Positions 42,643 through 52,529 of a stretch of 64,000 nt of DNA are shown here, piece by piece. The notes under the pieces were generated by a model. It ran no database searches, had not been told where the DNA came from, and saw only the letters and a program-made list of their open reading frames with translations. This stretch comes from a virus (taxonomy: Duplodnaviria > Heunggongvirae > Uroviricota > Caudoviricetes). The number at the start of each line of letters is the position of its first letter. Position 1 is the stretch's first letter. The stretch lies in the IMG/VR virus record IMGVR_UViG_3300050120_000279. One strand, 5' to 3'. The position numbers were made by a program, and so were the translations under genes.

Positions 42643-43965
42643 ATGAATAGCTTCTCTCTTTTTGACTATCTCGACCCCACCATTATCAATGCAGAATCCT
42701 CGGAAAGCCGGGCTTCCAAGTCGCCGGCGGCATGGCCGTCTGAGGCATCTGCGTACCGTTCCGACCGCTCGTTCTTCCCGATCTACGGCGCCTGTATGCG
42801 TAAGGCGTTCTATCGGATGATCGCCTGGCCCAAACTCGAAGAGACCACCGCGGACAGCCCCTGGAAGTGGGTCATCGGCCGCGCCGTGGAAGACAAGCTC
42901 ACTGACTTGTGTGCTCTCGCCTCGGCGCAGTTCGAAGACAAACCTGTCGAGCCTGTTGTTCCCGGTACTCCTCCTAAGATTCGCTACGAGTCTCTGTATG
43001 TCGCCAACGGTGTAAAGCACTACATCAAGAGCGCATATCTCTCGATCGAAATGGACGTTGTCGTTCGTGACCCGAAGACCAACAAGGGTTGGATCGTCGA
43101 GTGCAAGAGCTATGACGGCTACTTTGCAGAAAAGCAGATTGAGAACGAGCTGAAGCCCAAAGAAGAGAACTTGATGCAAATCTGTCTCTATCTTTGGGAG
43201 GCTAAAAACGGGAAGCTTCTGAAGCACATGATTCTTGAGTCAATGAATGACCGCAAGAAGCTTGATGCCATTGGGGCCACTCATCGCAACCGCTGCGAAG
43301 CGAACGAAGAGAACCTCATGAAGATGAACGACGGAGAGATCGGCGCCAAGCTGGTTTACATCTCGCGCGGTGAATGCAACCGTACTGAATTCGACATCAG
43401 CATCATGCAGGCAGTGGATGGTTTCCACTACCCCGTGGTCAATGGCATTCCGTACAAGATCTTCAGCATCGAGTCGATCTACGATCGTTTCACCACGCTG
43501 CAGACCTACTGGTTCCGTGCCCGCACCGCGGCGCATGACAGCCTCGAGGAACGTGGCATTCTTCCGCCGCCGTCGGTCAACCTCTTGCTCAATCGCGGTG
43601 AGGTTCCGGACGATAACACGATCAAACGTGAGCTGACCAAAGACGAATGGGCTGCCGAGAAGGCTTACTTCGTCAAGCTGGAGAACGAAGTTCGGGCATT
43701 GCCTGAAAGCTTCTTCCCCAAGCCGGAGTACGAGTATGCCTATACCCCGGAGCGCATTCGTGAGCTGGGAGACGGTAAGCAGATCGGCAAGACCAAGTAT
43801 GACGACTGGAAGAAGGGCAAGATCACTCGCCTTGGCGATTGGCAATGCTCGTACTGCCCGTTCGCATCAACTGGATGCGTTGCAAAACAGCGCCCAGACC
43901 TGGCCTATCAGCTCTACGACATCGCCAACCTACCTGACGAACTTGAAGTCAGTTTCGGAGCCTAA
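42643..43965 (+). CDS. PD-(D/E)XK superfamily nuclease (candidate)
   Basis: IEMDVVVRD...GWIVECKSYDG fits the D-x(n)-E-x-K core; QICLYLWEAK resembles the YqaJ/lambda-exo Q motif. Confidence 0.5.
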   Translation: MNSFSLFDYLDPTIINAESSESRASKSPAAWPSEASAYRSDRSFFPIYGACMRKAFYRMIAWPKLEETTADSPWKWVIGRAVEDKLTDLCALASAQFEDKPVEPVVPGTPPKIRYESLYVANGVKHYIKSAYLSIEMDVVVRDPKTNKGWIVECKSYDGYFAEKQIENELKPKEENLMQICLYLWEAKNGKLLKHMILESMNDRKKLDAIGATHRNRCEANEENLMKMNDGEIGAKLVYISRGECNRTEFDISIMQAVDGFHYPVVNGIPYKIFSIESIYDRFTTLQTYWFRARTAAHDSLEERGILPPPSVNLLLNRGEVPDDNTIKRELTKDEWAAEKAYFVKLENEVRALPESFFPKPEYEYAYTPERIRELGDGKQIGKTKYDDWKKGKITRLGDWQCSYCPFASTGCVAKQRPDLAYQLYDIANLPDELEVSFGA

Positions 43966-43967
43966 AC

Positions 43968-44411
43968 ATGCCTGTCAGTTCCATCAGAGACATCATCAAG
44001 ATCACCTCGGAAGCTACACTCATGGAAGAGCTGGCCGTCTTCGAGAAGACTCTTGAGACCCGGATACTTCCCATTGAGAACCTTCTTCGTGTGGACGTCC
44101 GCGCTCAGTCCGACAATGAGCAGTCTGTAGAAGATCACATGACTGCCATTGAATCGAAGCGTCAGGACGCCGTTCGCTACCATGCGTTGGCAGCCTGCTT
44201 CTTGGAGCACTCAAAGAGCTCCTATTTCGCACTGAAGAAGGCCCCCGGTGTCACCGGCGAAGACAAGCGTGCCAAGGAGAAAATGCTCATGGCTCCGTTT
44301 GAAGGCCTCAGTGTGCGTACCGATGGACTCATTCGTTCGATCGACTCACGAGTCAACCTCTGCAAAGTACTACTGCGCTTGATGGATGAGCGCTTCACGA
44401 ACCAGCGGTAA
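43968..44411 (+). CDS. hypothetical helical protein (possible recombination mediator)
   Basis: 147 aa, immediately upstream of the RecA-like gene. Confidence 0.3.
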   Translation: MPVSSIRDIIKITSEATLMEELAVFEKTLETRILPIENLLRVDVRAQSDNEQSVEDHMTAIESKRQDAVRYHALAACFLEHSKSSYFALKKAPGVTGEDKRAKEKMLMAPFEGLSVRTDGLIRSIDSRVNLCKVLLRLMDERFTNQR

Positions 44412-44419
44412 GGAGCATC

Positions 44420-45640
44420 ATGACAACAAAGAAGGCAGCAAAGAAAGTCGCAAAGAAGAAGGAACCAGCAGAAGTTCTCACGATGGAAGAGATCTTCGAG
44501 AAGCAGCTCGCTGGGTTCGGTCTGGCCGGAGCTATGCGCCTGGCAGATGCCTACGATAACAACTACGAGGTCATCTCCTCGGGTTGGCCTGGAGTGGATC
44601 GTCTGATTAGTGACGATGCTGCGCTGCAGGGTATTCCCAAGCAGGTTCACATCGAGGTTTTCTCGGAGGTCGAGCATGCCGGCAAGACATCATTCACCCT
44701 GGCTATTGGAGTCAAGTGGCAGTATCTCGGTCTCAAGGTCGGCGTTGTAGACATTGAGCCGTCGATCACACTGGCCTACCTGAAACAGCTCGGGTTCATC
44801 ACGACCAAGGCTGAAGCTGAAGCCAAGAGTAAAGAGCTTGGGCGGACGATCTACGCTGTACGTTTGCTGCAGCCTCAGATCAAAGCCGATGCCTGCGAAA
44901 CCGAGATGGTCTATGTCGACAAGGTCCTGGATGTAGTCTCGATCGCTTCGAACCTGTTCGATCTTCTGATCATTGACTCTGTCGATGCACTCGTCTCAGA
45001 AGCGGACTCGATCAAAACAACGACCGAAGCCGACATGATGGGTGGCGTGTCCAAGCAGATCAAGTCTTTCATGCGGAAGAACACAAAGAACCGCGCGACG
45101 ATTCTGTACGTAAATCACATGAGCCAAGGCCTCGGCCAGTACGCGAAGGCGTACACCACCGGCGGCAAGGCGATCCCGCGGTACAGTACTCTGCGCTTCA
45201 AGATCGACCGTGTCGAGATGATTGTTCCTGTAAAGGGACAGGATCCGATCGGTTTCGTGAGTAAGATCACGATGATCAAGAACCGGCTCGGCCCTATCGG
45301 TCGATCGACTCTCCTGTACTACATCTTTGGTGAGGGCTTCTCGGTCAACTACGACTACTTCCTGACGGCGCTGAAGCTGGGTGTCATCACGAAGAAGGGT
45401 GGATGGCATTACTTCGGTCCGGATGCAGATAACTCGCTGCTTACGGTCAATGGCGAGCACAACATGTACCTGGCGTTGCGTGATGACCATCCGGAGCTCA
45501 TGGCAGATGTAAAGGCAATCATTGATGGTGTTGACGCTGAACCTGCAATCGAAGAAGAAGTCTCTGAAGAGGATCTGCTTGCCGGTATGGACGCAGTCGA
45601 TGAAGAGGAAGATGTTGAACCAGCAGCAGCTGCAGCTTAG
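44420..45640 (+). CDS. RecA/UvsX-like recombinase
   Basis: ISSGWPGVDRL...VHIEVFSEVEHAGKTSFTLAIG mirrors RecA (iSTGs..LD..LG.GG.P.GRi.EiyGpESSGKTTLaL); acidic C-terminal tail. Confidence 0.7.
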   Translation: MTTKKAAKKVAKKKEPAEVLTMEEIFEKQLAGFGLAGAMRLADAYDNNYEVISSGWPGVDRLISDDAALQGIPKQVHIEVFSEVEHAGKTSFTLAIGVKWQYLGLKVGVVDIEPSITLAYLKQLGFITTKAEAEAKSKELGRTIYAVRLLQPQIKADACETEMVYVDKVLDVVSIASNLFDLLIIDSVDALVSEADSIKTTTEADMMGGVSKQIKSFMRKNTKNRATILYVNHMSQGLGQYAKAYTTGGKAIPRYSTLRFKIDRVEMIVPVKGQDPIGFVSKITMIKNRLGPIGRSTLLYYIFGEGFSVNYDYFLTALKLGVITKKGGWHYFGPDADNSLLTVNGEHNMYLALRDDHPELMADVKAIIDGVDAEPAIEEEVSEEDLLAGMDAVDEEEDVEPAAAAA

Positions 45641-45655
45641 AGAAAGGGACGTGTA

Positions 45656-46222
45656 GTGGACATTCTGACGGTCATGCCCTGCGATGTTGGATCTGAGTGT
45701 AAGAACTCAACTCAACGCGCAGGGCTCCTGTCGGGCAAGTGCGGCCTATGCCGTTTCTCCCCGACGGGTCCAGCCTCCGGCATGAAGTATTGGAGGCCTG
45801 ACTCTCCATCAAAGCACCCTCTTGAGCTTGCTGAGAAGAAGCAGGCTGTGGTCGACAGGGTCAAAGCTCTGAAGGAACGCAAACTTACTGTCAGCAAGCC
45901 GAAGCAGAAGCTGCTACAGCAAGCGGCGCGCGCTGAGAAGGTAACTGAGAGGAATTTCATCCACTCAACCCGGAACTCTGGCCGTGTGAACCGAGACGGT
46001 GACCATGTAGTTGCCGGCGACATCACCCTGGATACAAAGCTGCAGACCAAGCGCACCAACCCCGTCGTGCTGATGCATGAGCTGGTGAAGGTGGGCAACG
46101 ATGCACGCGGAGCAGGGAAGCGGATGGGCGCATTGTGCCTACGGAACATGAACGGTATCGGCGTTGTCGCCATGACGGAAGCCGACTTTGCGTGGCTTAT
46201 ACAAGGACTAGCGAATGGGTGA
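45656..46222 (+). CDS. hypothetical protein
   Basis: 188 aa ORF. Confidence 0.4.
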   Translation: MDILTVMPCDVGSECKNSTQRAGLLSGKCGLCRFSPTGPASGMKYWRPDSPSKHPLELAEKKQAVVDRVKALKERKLTVSKPKQKLLQQAARAEKVTERNFIHSTRNSGRVNRDGDHVVAGDITLDTKLQTKRTNPVVLMHELVKVGNDARGAGKRMGALCLRNMNGIGVVAMTEADFAWLIQGLANG

Positions 46223-46445
46223 TACATCAGTTCCATTTCCATCGAAGATTCAGCCGACGACACCCTGGCCGAGACCTGACTCCAGCACTTTGAAGCCATG
46301 CCCCTTCTGCACTGCTGTCGGTCCTGATGAAAAGCGATCTGGCTGGGGCATGTTCTGGATTGAATGCCGTGAGTGCGACGCTCAAGGACCACACGAGAAT
46401 ACGGAACGCAAAGCAATCCACTCCTGGAACCACAGGTGTGAGTAA
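46215..46445 (+). CDS. Lar-family restriction alleviation protein (candidate anti-restriction)
   Basis: LKPCPFCTAVGP...WIECRECDAQGP...AIHSWNHR matches the Lar zinc-ribbon signature (KPCPFCG...C..C.A.GP...A...WN.R). Confidence 0.6.
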   Translation: MGDTSVPFPSKIQPTTPWPRPDSSTLKPCPFCTAVGPDEKRSGWGMFWIECRECDAQGPHENTERKAIHSWNHRCE

Positions 46446-46452
46446 AGGGACC

Positions 46453-49050
46453 ATGGGCACACTGAAGAAGTTCGACGAGATTCGTGATGAGATCAAGGGT
46501 TTTCTACCCCAGTACCTGGCGAAATTCGGTATCGACGCATCGGGGAAGAAGAGATTTCATTGCATTATGCCTGCGCACCAGGATGCCCACCCTAGTTCTG
46601 GTGTCATTCCGGGTACGGACCTGTTCCATTGCTTCTCCTGTGGCATGACTGGTGACATCTTCGACGCAGCTAATGCCAAGGAGAATAAGCCACTCACTGG
46701 CCGTGGGTTTATCACTGACAATCTCATGTACCTGGCCAAGACCTTCGGGATCTCGATGCCGGATCTGGACATCAGTGATGAGGAGATGTTCGAGATCGAT
46801 ATGCGCCGGGCTTACTCCCACGCATCGCGCATCCTCCTACAGTCCAAGAAGACGGAGCTCGTACTCAACAAGTTGATCAGCTATATGTGGCCGGCGGACA
46901 TGATCGCTGACCGTGCTATTGGCTCAGTCGAGAGCTATGACGACTACTTCCAGAAGATGACGAAGGTCCATGGTCATTCTTTGGACTTCCTCAAGCTGGC
47001 TGGACTTGCTGATGGCGCCGCCCGTGGCATCTTCAATGAGAACTGCTTGATCTATACCATCCGGGACGAGCATGGTTCTCCGATCGCTTTCTCTGCGCGC
47101 AATCTACGCTTTGAAGCGGAGAACATAGTTTATAAGGAGAAGCTTGCTGCCATCCTGGCCTCTGATGTGACTGAGTCTGCCAAGAATGAGCAGAAGCAGG
47201 CGCTTTGGAAGCCTCGCAAGTACATCAACAGCGCAGATTCGGTCCTGTTCAACAAGAGCAAGGTCCTGATGAACTTCGACCAGGCCAAGAAAGGTTCTCA
47301 CCATCAACTCCTGGTCTTCGAAGGTAACGCAGACTGCATGACGATGTACGCCGGCGGCGTAAAGACTGCGGTAGCTACATGTGGCACAGCGTTCACTAAC
47401 GATCACCTGGATATGGCGATCGCCAATGGCATCACGAAGATCACACTGGTCTATGACCCAGATAAAGCTGGCAAGGAAGCTACTGAGCGCTTCGTTGCTA
47501 TGCTCGAGCAATTCGGGGGACGGCCGGGGCTCGACGTCGAGATGATCCTGATGCCAGGGACGAGTGATCCGGACGCTTATGTGCGTTCCTTCGGGGATCT
47601 CAAGACCGGTGTATCGGAGTTCCGCAAGCTTCCCCGGACTGACTTGTTCAGTTGGCAGCTCAAGAAGAGCATTGATGAAGGAGCTGATCCCTACAAGATC
47701 GCTTCCGATTCGATCCCTCTGATCGTCAACATCGAGAACAACATCCTGCGTCTCCAGAAGGCTGACAAGCTGGCTGAGGGGACAGGGTTGCCTCGTGAGT
47801 TCATCCACCGCGAGCTGCTCCGTCTCCTGGACAGCAATGAGATGGAGGCTGAGGAAGAACGTATCGCCATCGCGCAGCAGACCATCAAGGCGCTGCAGCA
47901 GAACCCCAAGGCTATGGATTCCATCCTGGCCACTGCCATGACGCGCTACGACCAAGTGGCGGAGTCTCGGATGGGATACGATGCACAGTCGAACCTGAAG
48001 GCTTATCGCAATACCATCGACAAGATGGAAGCGTCGACCGACATGTTCGAGCTGGTGACTGGCTATACGACCTTCGACATGCTGATGGGTGGTATTCCGA
48101 AGGAAGGGGTCATGATCTCTTCTCCCGGCAAGCCTCACCACGGCAAATCGATTTGGTATGACAACCTGATTGTCGCCACCCTCCGTCTGAACCCTGGCCT
48201 GCAGATCCTACTGCACCATGTCGATGACCCTGCGCTGCTTCGGATCCCACGGCTGTTGGGGATTATGAGTGGCTTGTCCAGTCGTTCGATCGCCAAGGCA
48301 GGCGCCTCGCTCAGCAACTCCTTTGGGAGTGAGTTCGAGGAGCGTTATCGCAAGGCCGAGAACGAGCTGACCGGTTGGATCAAGGACGAACGTCTGATCC
48401 TGGCTGACCAGTCGATGCTTTCGAATAGCCTGACCGCGCATGAGCGTTGGATCAAGGAGATTCGCCGGCGAAACTCGAAGGGCTCATTCATCTCGATCGG
48501 AGATAACTTCCACCTCTTTGACATGCCTGGCATGGATCCTGGGGAAGGGAAGGTCCGTGAGATGTCACGGTTCATCTCGAACCTCCCGACCAAGCACGGC
48601 ATCACGACCATGTTCACCATGGAGCTACCGAAGGAAGCACTCCGCGCCGGCGTCCGGCCGAAGTACACCGACTCGAAGAACTCGGGTGGTATCTCCTTTG
48701 ACTCCAAGGTGAATATGAATGTCTATCAGGAGCTTCAGGACCTGGAAGATGGGTCCGTGATGACCTGGAGGTCCTCTGACCATATGGAAGAGGTCATTGG
48801 TCCTGATGGGCGACCCAGTATGGTCGAACGGGTCATGCCTATTGTTGAGATCAACGTGGACAAGAACAAGGTGACTGGTGAGAAGAAGACTATCTTCTTC
48901 CGCTTGGAGCCTATGAGCGGACAGATGCAGGAATGTACGCCGGCGGAACAGGCAACCCTGCAGATCACACTCGATCAAGCGAAACAGGAGCGCAAGAAGG
49001 ACAAGGGCGGTGTACCCGCCAATTCGCGCGCTAACTCCAGAGCATTCTAA
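46453..49050 (+). CDS. bifunctional DNA primase-helicase (T7 gp4-like)
   Basis: N-terminal CHC2 zinc finger (FHCIMPAHQDAHPSS...FHCFSCGMTGDIFD), TOPRIM-like middle, C-terminal RecA-fold ATPase with GKPHHGKS. Confidence 0.75.
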   Translation: MGTLKKFDEIRDEIKGFLPQYLAKFGIDASGKKRFHCIMPAHQDAHPSSGVIPGTDLFHCFSCGMTGDIFDAANAKENKPLTGRGFITDNLMYLAKTFGISMPDLDISDEEMFEIDMRRAYSHASRILLQSKKTELVLNKLISYMWPADMIADRAIGSVESYDDYFQKMTKVHGHSLDFLKLAGLADGAARGIFNENCLIYTIRDEHGSPIAFSARNLRFEAENIVYKEKLAAILASDVTESAKNEQKQALWKPRKYINSADSVLFNKSKVLMNFDQAKKGSHHQLLVFEGNADCMTMYAGGVKTAVATCGTAFTNDHLDMAIANGITKITLVYDPDKAGKEATERFVAMLEQFGGRPGLDVEMILMPGTSDPDAYVRSFGDLKTGVSEFRKLPRTDLFSWQLKKSIDEGADPYKIASDSIPLIVNIENNILRLQKADKLAEGTGLPREFIHRELLRLLDSNEMEAEEERIAIAQQTIKALQQNPKAMDSILATAMTRYDQVAESRMGYDAQSNLKAYRNTIDKMEASTDMFELVTGYTTFDMLMGGIPKEGVMISSPGKPHHGKSIWYDNLIVATLRLNPGLQILLHHVDDPALLRIPRLLGIMSGLSSRSIAKAGASLSNSFGSEFEERYRKAENELTGWIKDERLILADQSMLSNSLTAHERWIKEIRRRNSKGSFISIGDNFHLFDMPGMDPGEGKVREMSRFISNLPTKHGITTMFTMELPKEALRAGVRPKYTDSKNSGGISFDSKVNMNVYQELQDLEDGSVMTWRSSDHMEEVIGPDGRPSMVERVMPIVEINVDKNKVTGEKKTIFFRLEPMSGQMQECTPAEQATLQITLDQAKQERKKDKGGVPANSRANSRAF

Positions 49051-49070
49051 CCGGGGGCCGTAAGGCCTCC
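49051..49070 (+). terminator. hairpin GGGGGCC-GTAA-GGCCTCC after the primase-helicase gene
   Basis: 7-bp stem (one GU) in a 43-nt gap. Confidence 0.3.
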
Positions 49071-49093
49071 GCGCACCAAAGGAACCCACACTG

Positions 49094-49660
49094 ATGATTC
49101 AGTACCTCGTTTATCTATCCGGCCCAATCACGGGCCTCAATTACCAAGGTTCTACTGACTGGCGTGAGTACGTCACTCGTTCCTTTCCGCCGCACATTCA
49201 AGGGGTTTCCCCGATGCGTGGCAAGCGTTACTTGAACGATGGTAAGGTCATCGAGAACGGACGCTTCACGTTCCCTCTTTCGACTGACAGCGCCATCAAC
49301 TCCCGGGATCGATTCGACACCCTCAGGTCAACGGCCATCCTGGTCAACCTGCTCGGCGCCACCATGGGATCCCTCGGGACTGCCATGGAGATCGCCTGGG
49401 CACACGACCATGGCATTCCGATCATCGCTGCGATGGAGCCTGAGGGAAATCCTCACGACCATCCGATGATTCGGAGCTGCATCAATGTGCTCGTGACGAG
49501 TTTGGATGAAGCCATCGAGGCAGTTGTCTCCCTGGTCAGTCCCTCTGAGTCCCTGGCATGGACCAAGATTGAGCAGAACCAGATGCTGAGGGAAGAAGGT
49601 CGCTTCGATCTCAGAGCTGAGCCCCTCAAAGAAGTGAGCCATGCCACTCGCGCTAACTGA
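49094..49660 (+). CDS. nucleoside 2-deoxyribosyltransferase family protein (classical Nuc_deoxyrib_tr type)
   Basis: VYLSGPITG motif near the N-terminus, conserved MEIAWAHDHGIPIIA region. Confidence 0.6.
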   Translation: MIQYLVYLSGPITGLNYQGSTDWREYVTRSFPPHIQGVSPMRGKRYLNDGKVIENGRFTFPLSTDSAINSRDRFDTLRSTAILVNLLGATMGSLGTAMEIAWAHDHGIPIIAAMEPEGNPHDHPMIRSCINVLVTSLDEAIEAVVSLVSPSESLAWTKIEQNQMLREEGRFDLRAEPLKEVSHATRAN

Positions 49661-50342
49661 GGCAGTCCTGCATAGGCGCAGCCTGTGCAGCATGTATCAG
49701 AGCAATGTGGAAGATCACCTGACAGGGCCGGCGGAGCGTACCTTCCGCTGGGCCTTGAAGGAGCGATTCATCGGGAAGCTCCATAAGCCGGCGGATCTAC
49801 GGGAACATTTCGTGAGCGGCTGGTCCAAAGCCTGGAATCTTCCTGAAAAGGATGCCCGGTACTGGGAAGGCCCTAACAAGTCCCGAGCATTCGGCCGGCA
49901 TGTCTACGAGTTCCTGCTCAAGTATGAGATCGTCCAGCCCTACGAGCCCTATTCCTTGGAGCTGCCGGCCGGTACGGTCACTGGCGAGAACGCTATCGCC
50001 ATCTGGAAGTCACGACACAAGGGAGAGATTCCTCAGGTTGTGAGCATGCGGATCCGGCGCCCTCGAGATCTGCGCGTTCCGTTTTACCCGGCACTTGCCC
50101 AGTGGGTGGCCTCCCGGGAGGCCGCGGAGACCGTAGACCTGGGTCTTCTGACGGTTCCTGTTCTCGGCGATCGCTATGCGTCTACAGGGTTGAACGAAGC
50201 TTTGGCTCGCACCTGGCTGAATGCCATTGTGAAAGAAGCTGCAGACAACACGCTGTTTCCTCGTTATGGAACGCAGTGTGTGACCTGCTCTCACCCCTGT
50301 AAGGAGGTTCTTCGTGGACCGGATGACGATAGTTGGAACTGA
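49641..50342 (+). CDS. hypothetical protein
   Basis: 233 aa ORF. Confidence 0.4.
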   Translation: MPLALTEAVLHRRSLCSMYQSNVEDHLTGPAERTFRWALKERFIGKLHKPADLREHFVSGWSKAWNLPEKDARYWEGPNKSRAFGRHVYEFLLKYEIVQPYEPYSLELPAGTVTGENAIAIWKSRHKGEIPQVVSMRIRRPRDLRVPFYPALAQWVASREAAETVDLGLLTVPVLGDRYASTGLNEALARTWLNAIVKEAADNTLFPRYGTQCVTCSHPCKEVLRGPDDDSWN

Positions 50343-50545
50343 TGGGAAAGATAAGTACATCACCGAAGGGGTAGACGTTCAAGATGTTATGCCCGAAGGG
50401 GAGATCGAACATGATTCCTGTCTGCCGGGACACCATGAATTCCTCAATGTAACGGATGAAGATTACTCAGCTTGCACATTGTGTGGCTGGACTTTACAAG
50501 CACTACGAACCAAAGGAGAACGAGTTGTCCACTAACCAAGCACCC

Positions 50546-51118
50546 ATGGGTCGCGCGACCAACCTGCATGAACGCATTCACCAGACCGTGACCAAGGCCA
50601 ATGCGCCGATGAGCTGCGGAGCCTGCGGCGGTACACATTTCAACCTCGTTCGTGCTGAAGAGTTTACCGACAACGGTTATAACTCTGCCACCTTCCGCTC
50701 GATCTCCACCAATACCGATCCGGCGTATGTCTGCCTCTGTGGCCAGCCTTACCCTATGAAGGATTCGGCAGTCGGCAAGGGCTCAAGTGAGGGCAGCCGT
50801 GCGCGCTACCTCAAGTCGCTCAGCCTGGCCATCGACTATCGCAAGAAGCAGGGTCTCTCGGCCATTGCCGATGGTACTGTGTCGATCGCGGAGCACCAGC
50901 AGGTGGTTGAGCAGGTCAATGGCCTGATCGAGACAGTCGCCTGGCTGGAGGAGACTGTGAACCTGCTGGCTCACCCTGAGGAAGCGGCAGAGACCGAAGA
51001 GGGAACCGCTGAAGGCAAACCGGCCGTCGAAGCAACTCCCGAAACTCCCGCCAAAGCCGCCCCGGTCCCTGTTCAGAAGACCGGTGCCAAGCAAGCCAGC
51101 CGGCAGGGTCGAAACTAA
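50546..51118 (+). CDS. hypothetical protein with Ala/Pro/Glu-rich C-terminus
   Basis: Internal ATG of ORF 50456..51118; CGACGG..CLCG zinc-like cluster. Confidence 0.35.
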   Translation: MGRATNLHERIHQTVTKANAPMSCGACGGTHFNLVRAEEFTDNGYNSATFRSISTNTDPAYVCLCGQPYPMKDSAVGKGSSEGSRARYLKSLSLAIDYRKKQGLSAIADGTVSIAEHQQVVEQVNGLIETVAWLEETVNLLAHPEEAAETEEGTAEGKPAVEATPETPAKAAPVPVQKTGAKQASRQGRN

Positions 51119-51120
51119 AC

Positions 51121-51612
51121 ATGGCAACTCAGACGTTTAGAGATCCAGTTCGCAACCTGAACCCTGAGGTCCTCGGCAACCTGGAGTTGGTAGACACTCG
51201 CGTCTACCCGCTCCAAGGTGGCACGGGCCGCCGCTGGACGAACGAGATTGATCCTCGTCACGTCCACCTCATCAAGACTGGGACTACACCCGTCGGCGAT
51301 GATGTCACTTTCTATGAGCACATTGCTTCCATCAGGGACAAGCGCAGCCAGACATTCTATGTTGCGTTCCGTGAGACAGCTGATGCCCAGTATGCGCGCG
51401 AGAAGGACCTGAAGAAGTTTCCCAAGTGGGTTATGGATCTGGATCAGAAACAGGCTGAACGCCTGGTTCACATCTACATGGTAATGAAACACCCGAGCCA
51501 GGTGGCAGTCATGCGCAGCCACGAGGATTGGCTTGCTCCTATCGGCGACCCTGCGGTCTTCGATGCGTGCTGGCACTTCCTCGCTAAGCACAACGTTGTC
51601 AAAATGGCCTAA
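51121..51612 (+). CDS. hypothetical protein
   Basis: 163 aa, TAAACATG coupling. Confidence 0.4.
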   Translation: MATQTFRDPVRNLNPEVLGNLELVDTRVYPLQGGTGRRWTNEIDPRHVHLIKTGTTPVGDDVTFYEHIASIRDKRSQTFYVAFRETADAQYAREKDLKKFPKWVMDLDQKQAERLVHIYMVMKHPSQVAVMRSHEDWLAPIGDPAVFDACWHFLAKHNVVKMA

Positions 51613-51621
51613 GGAGATGAT

Positions 51622-52005
51622 GTGGTCTTTGTTGATCAGAATGGACCGCTGAGTCTTGGGGCTCACGAGCTACTGCAGAAGATAATGGGCTCGATCATGT
51701 CACAGATCGGGCCCAACATTATTGTGGTGAACTTCACGCCGAAGTGGATTCTTGGAGGTGCCGCCTGGGTAGGCCGTTTCGACTACATCGTAGGTACGTC
51801 TTATGGGGCCGTCCAGTCAGTAATGATCGAAGGTGATCTGAACTATGACTCTCTCATCATTCAGCGTATTGCTGCACAGCCTGCTCAGTTGTCACACCCC
51901 TCCAATCGTCGCCTATCAGCCGAAGAGAATGCTGCCATCTGGCGTTCGAGTCGCTCCCTCTTGCAGATCGAACTAGACGGCCCTGGCCTGGAACGGATTG
52001 GATAA
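51622..52005 (+). CDS. hypothetical protein
   Basis: 127 aa ORF. Confidence 0.35.
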   Translation: MVFVDQNGPLSLGAHELLQKIMGSIMSQIGPNIIVVNFTPKWILGGAAWVGRFDYIVGTSYGAVQSVMIEGDLNYDSLIIQRIAAQPAQLSHPSNRRLSAEENAAIWRSSRSLLQIELDGPGLERIG

Positions 52006-52529
52006 TGTCTGAGGCAGTATTCACGCAAAATGAACTGACAATGATGATGGATATTACTGTCCTCCAGGTCAAGCTGAAACAGGCCACGGAAGATATGGTC
52101 ATGACTAAAAACGAGCTATGGAAGCTAAACGAAAAGCTGTCTGAGCTTGGCCTTGCATTCGCTGCAATCAAACCCATCATGGGGTTTGCTGTAGGAACAC
52201 TGAGTGAATCTGGAGAGCCTATCACTGTCGTGAATGACGGAGTTTTCCTCACTGGAACTGATGCTCCGCCGCCGACATTTGCAATGGGTCAACAGCCCTA
52301 CACCCAGGGCGATTTGATTCTCGATCTCGGTAACGGCACCAAGGGTAAACTCACTGACTTCGATCCCATTACGGGCGTTGGAACAATCACAATTGTGATG
52401 GACAATCCGGTGGAATACATATCGGTTGGCCTCACAGTTGATGGAGTACCGATACCCACGGGCGCCGATGTTGCAATGATCGATGAGCTCATGTCGCAAC
52501 CCGATAATTTGATGGCGAGGGACTTCTAA
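52005..52529 (+). CDS. hypothetical protein
   Basis: 174 aa, TAATG overlap. Confidence 0.4.
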   Translation: MSEAVFTQNELTMMMDITVLQVKLKQATEDMVMTKNELWKLNEKLSELGLAFAAIKPIMGFAVGTLSESGEPITVVNDGVFLTGTDAPPPTFAMGQQPYTQGDLILDLGNGTKGKLTDFDPITGVGTITIVMDNPVEYISVGLTVDGVPIPTGADVAMIDELMSQPDNLMARDF

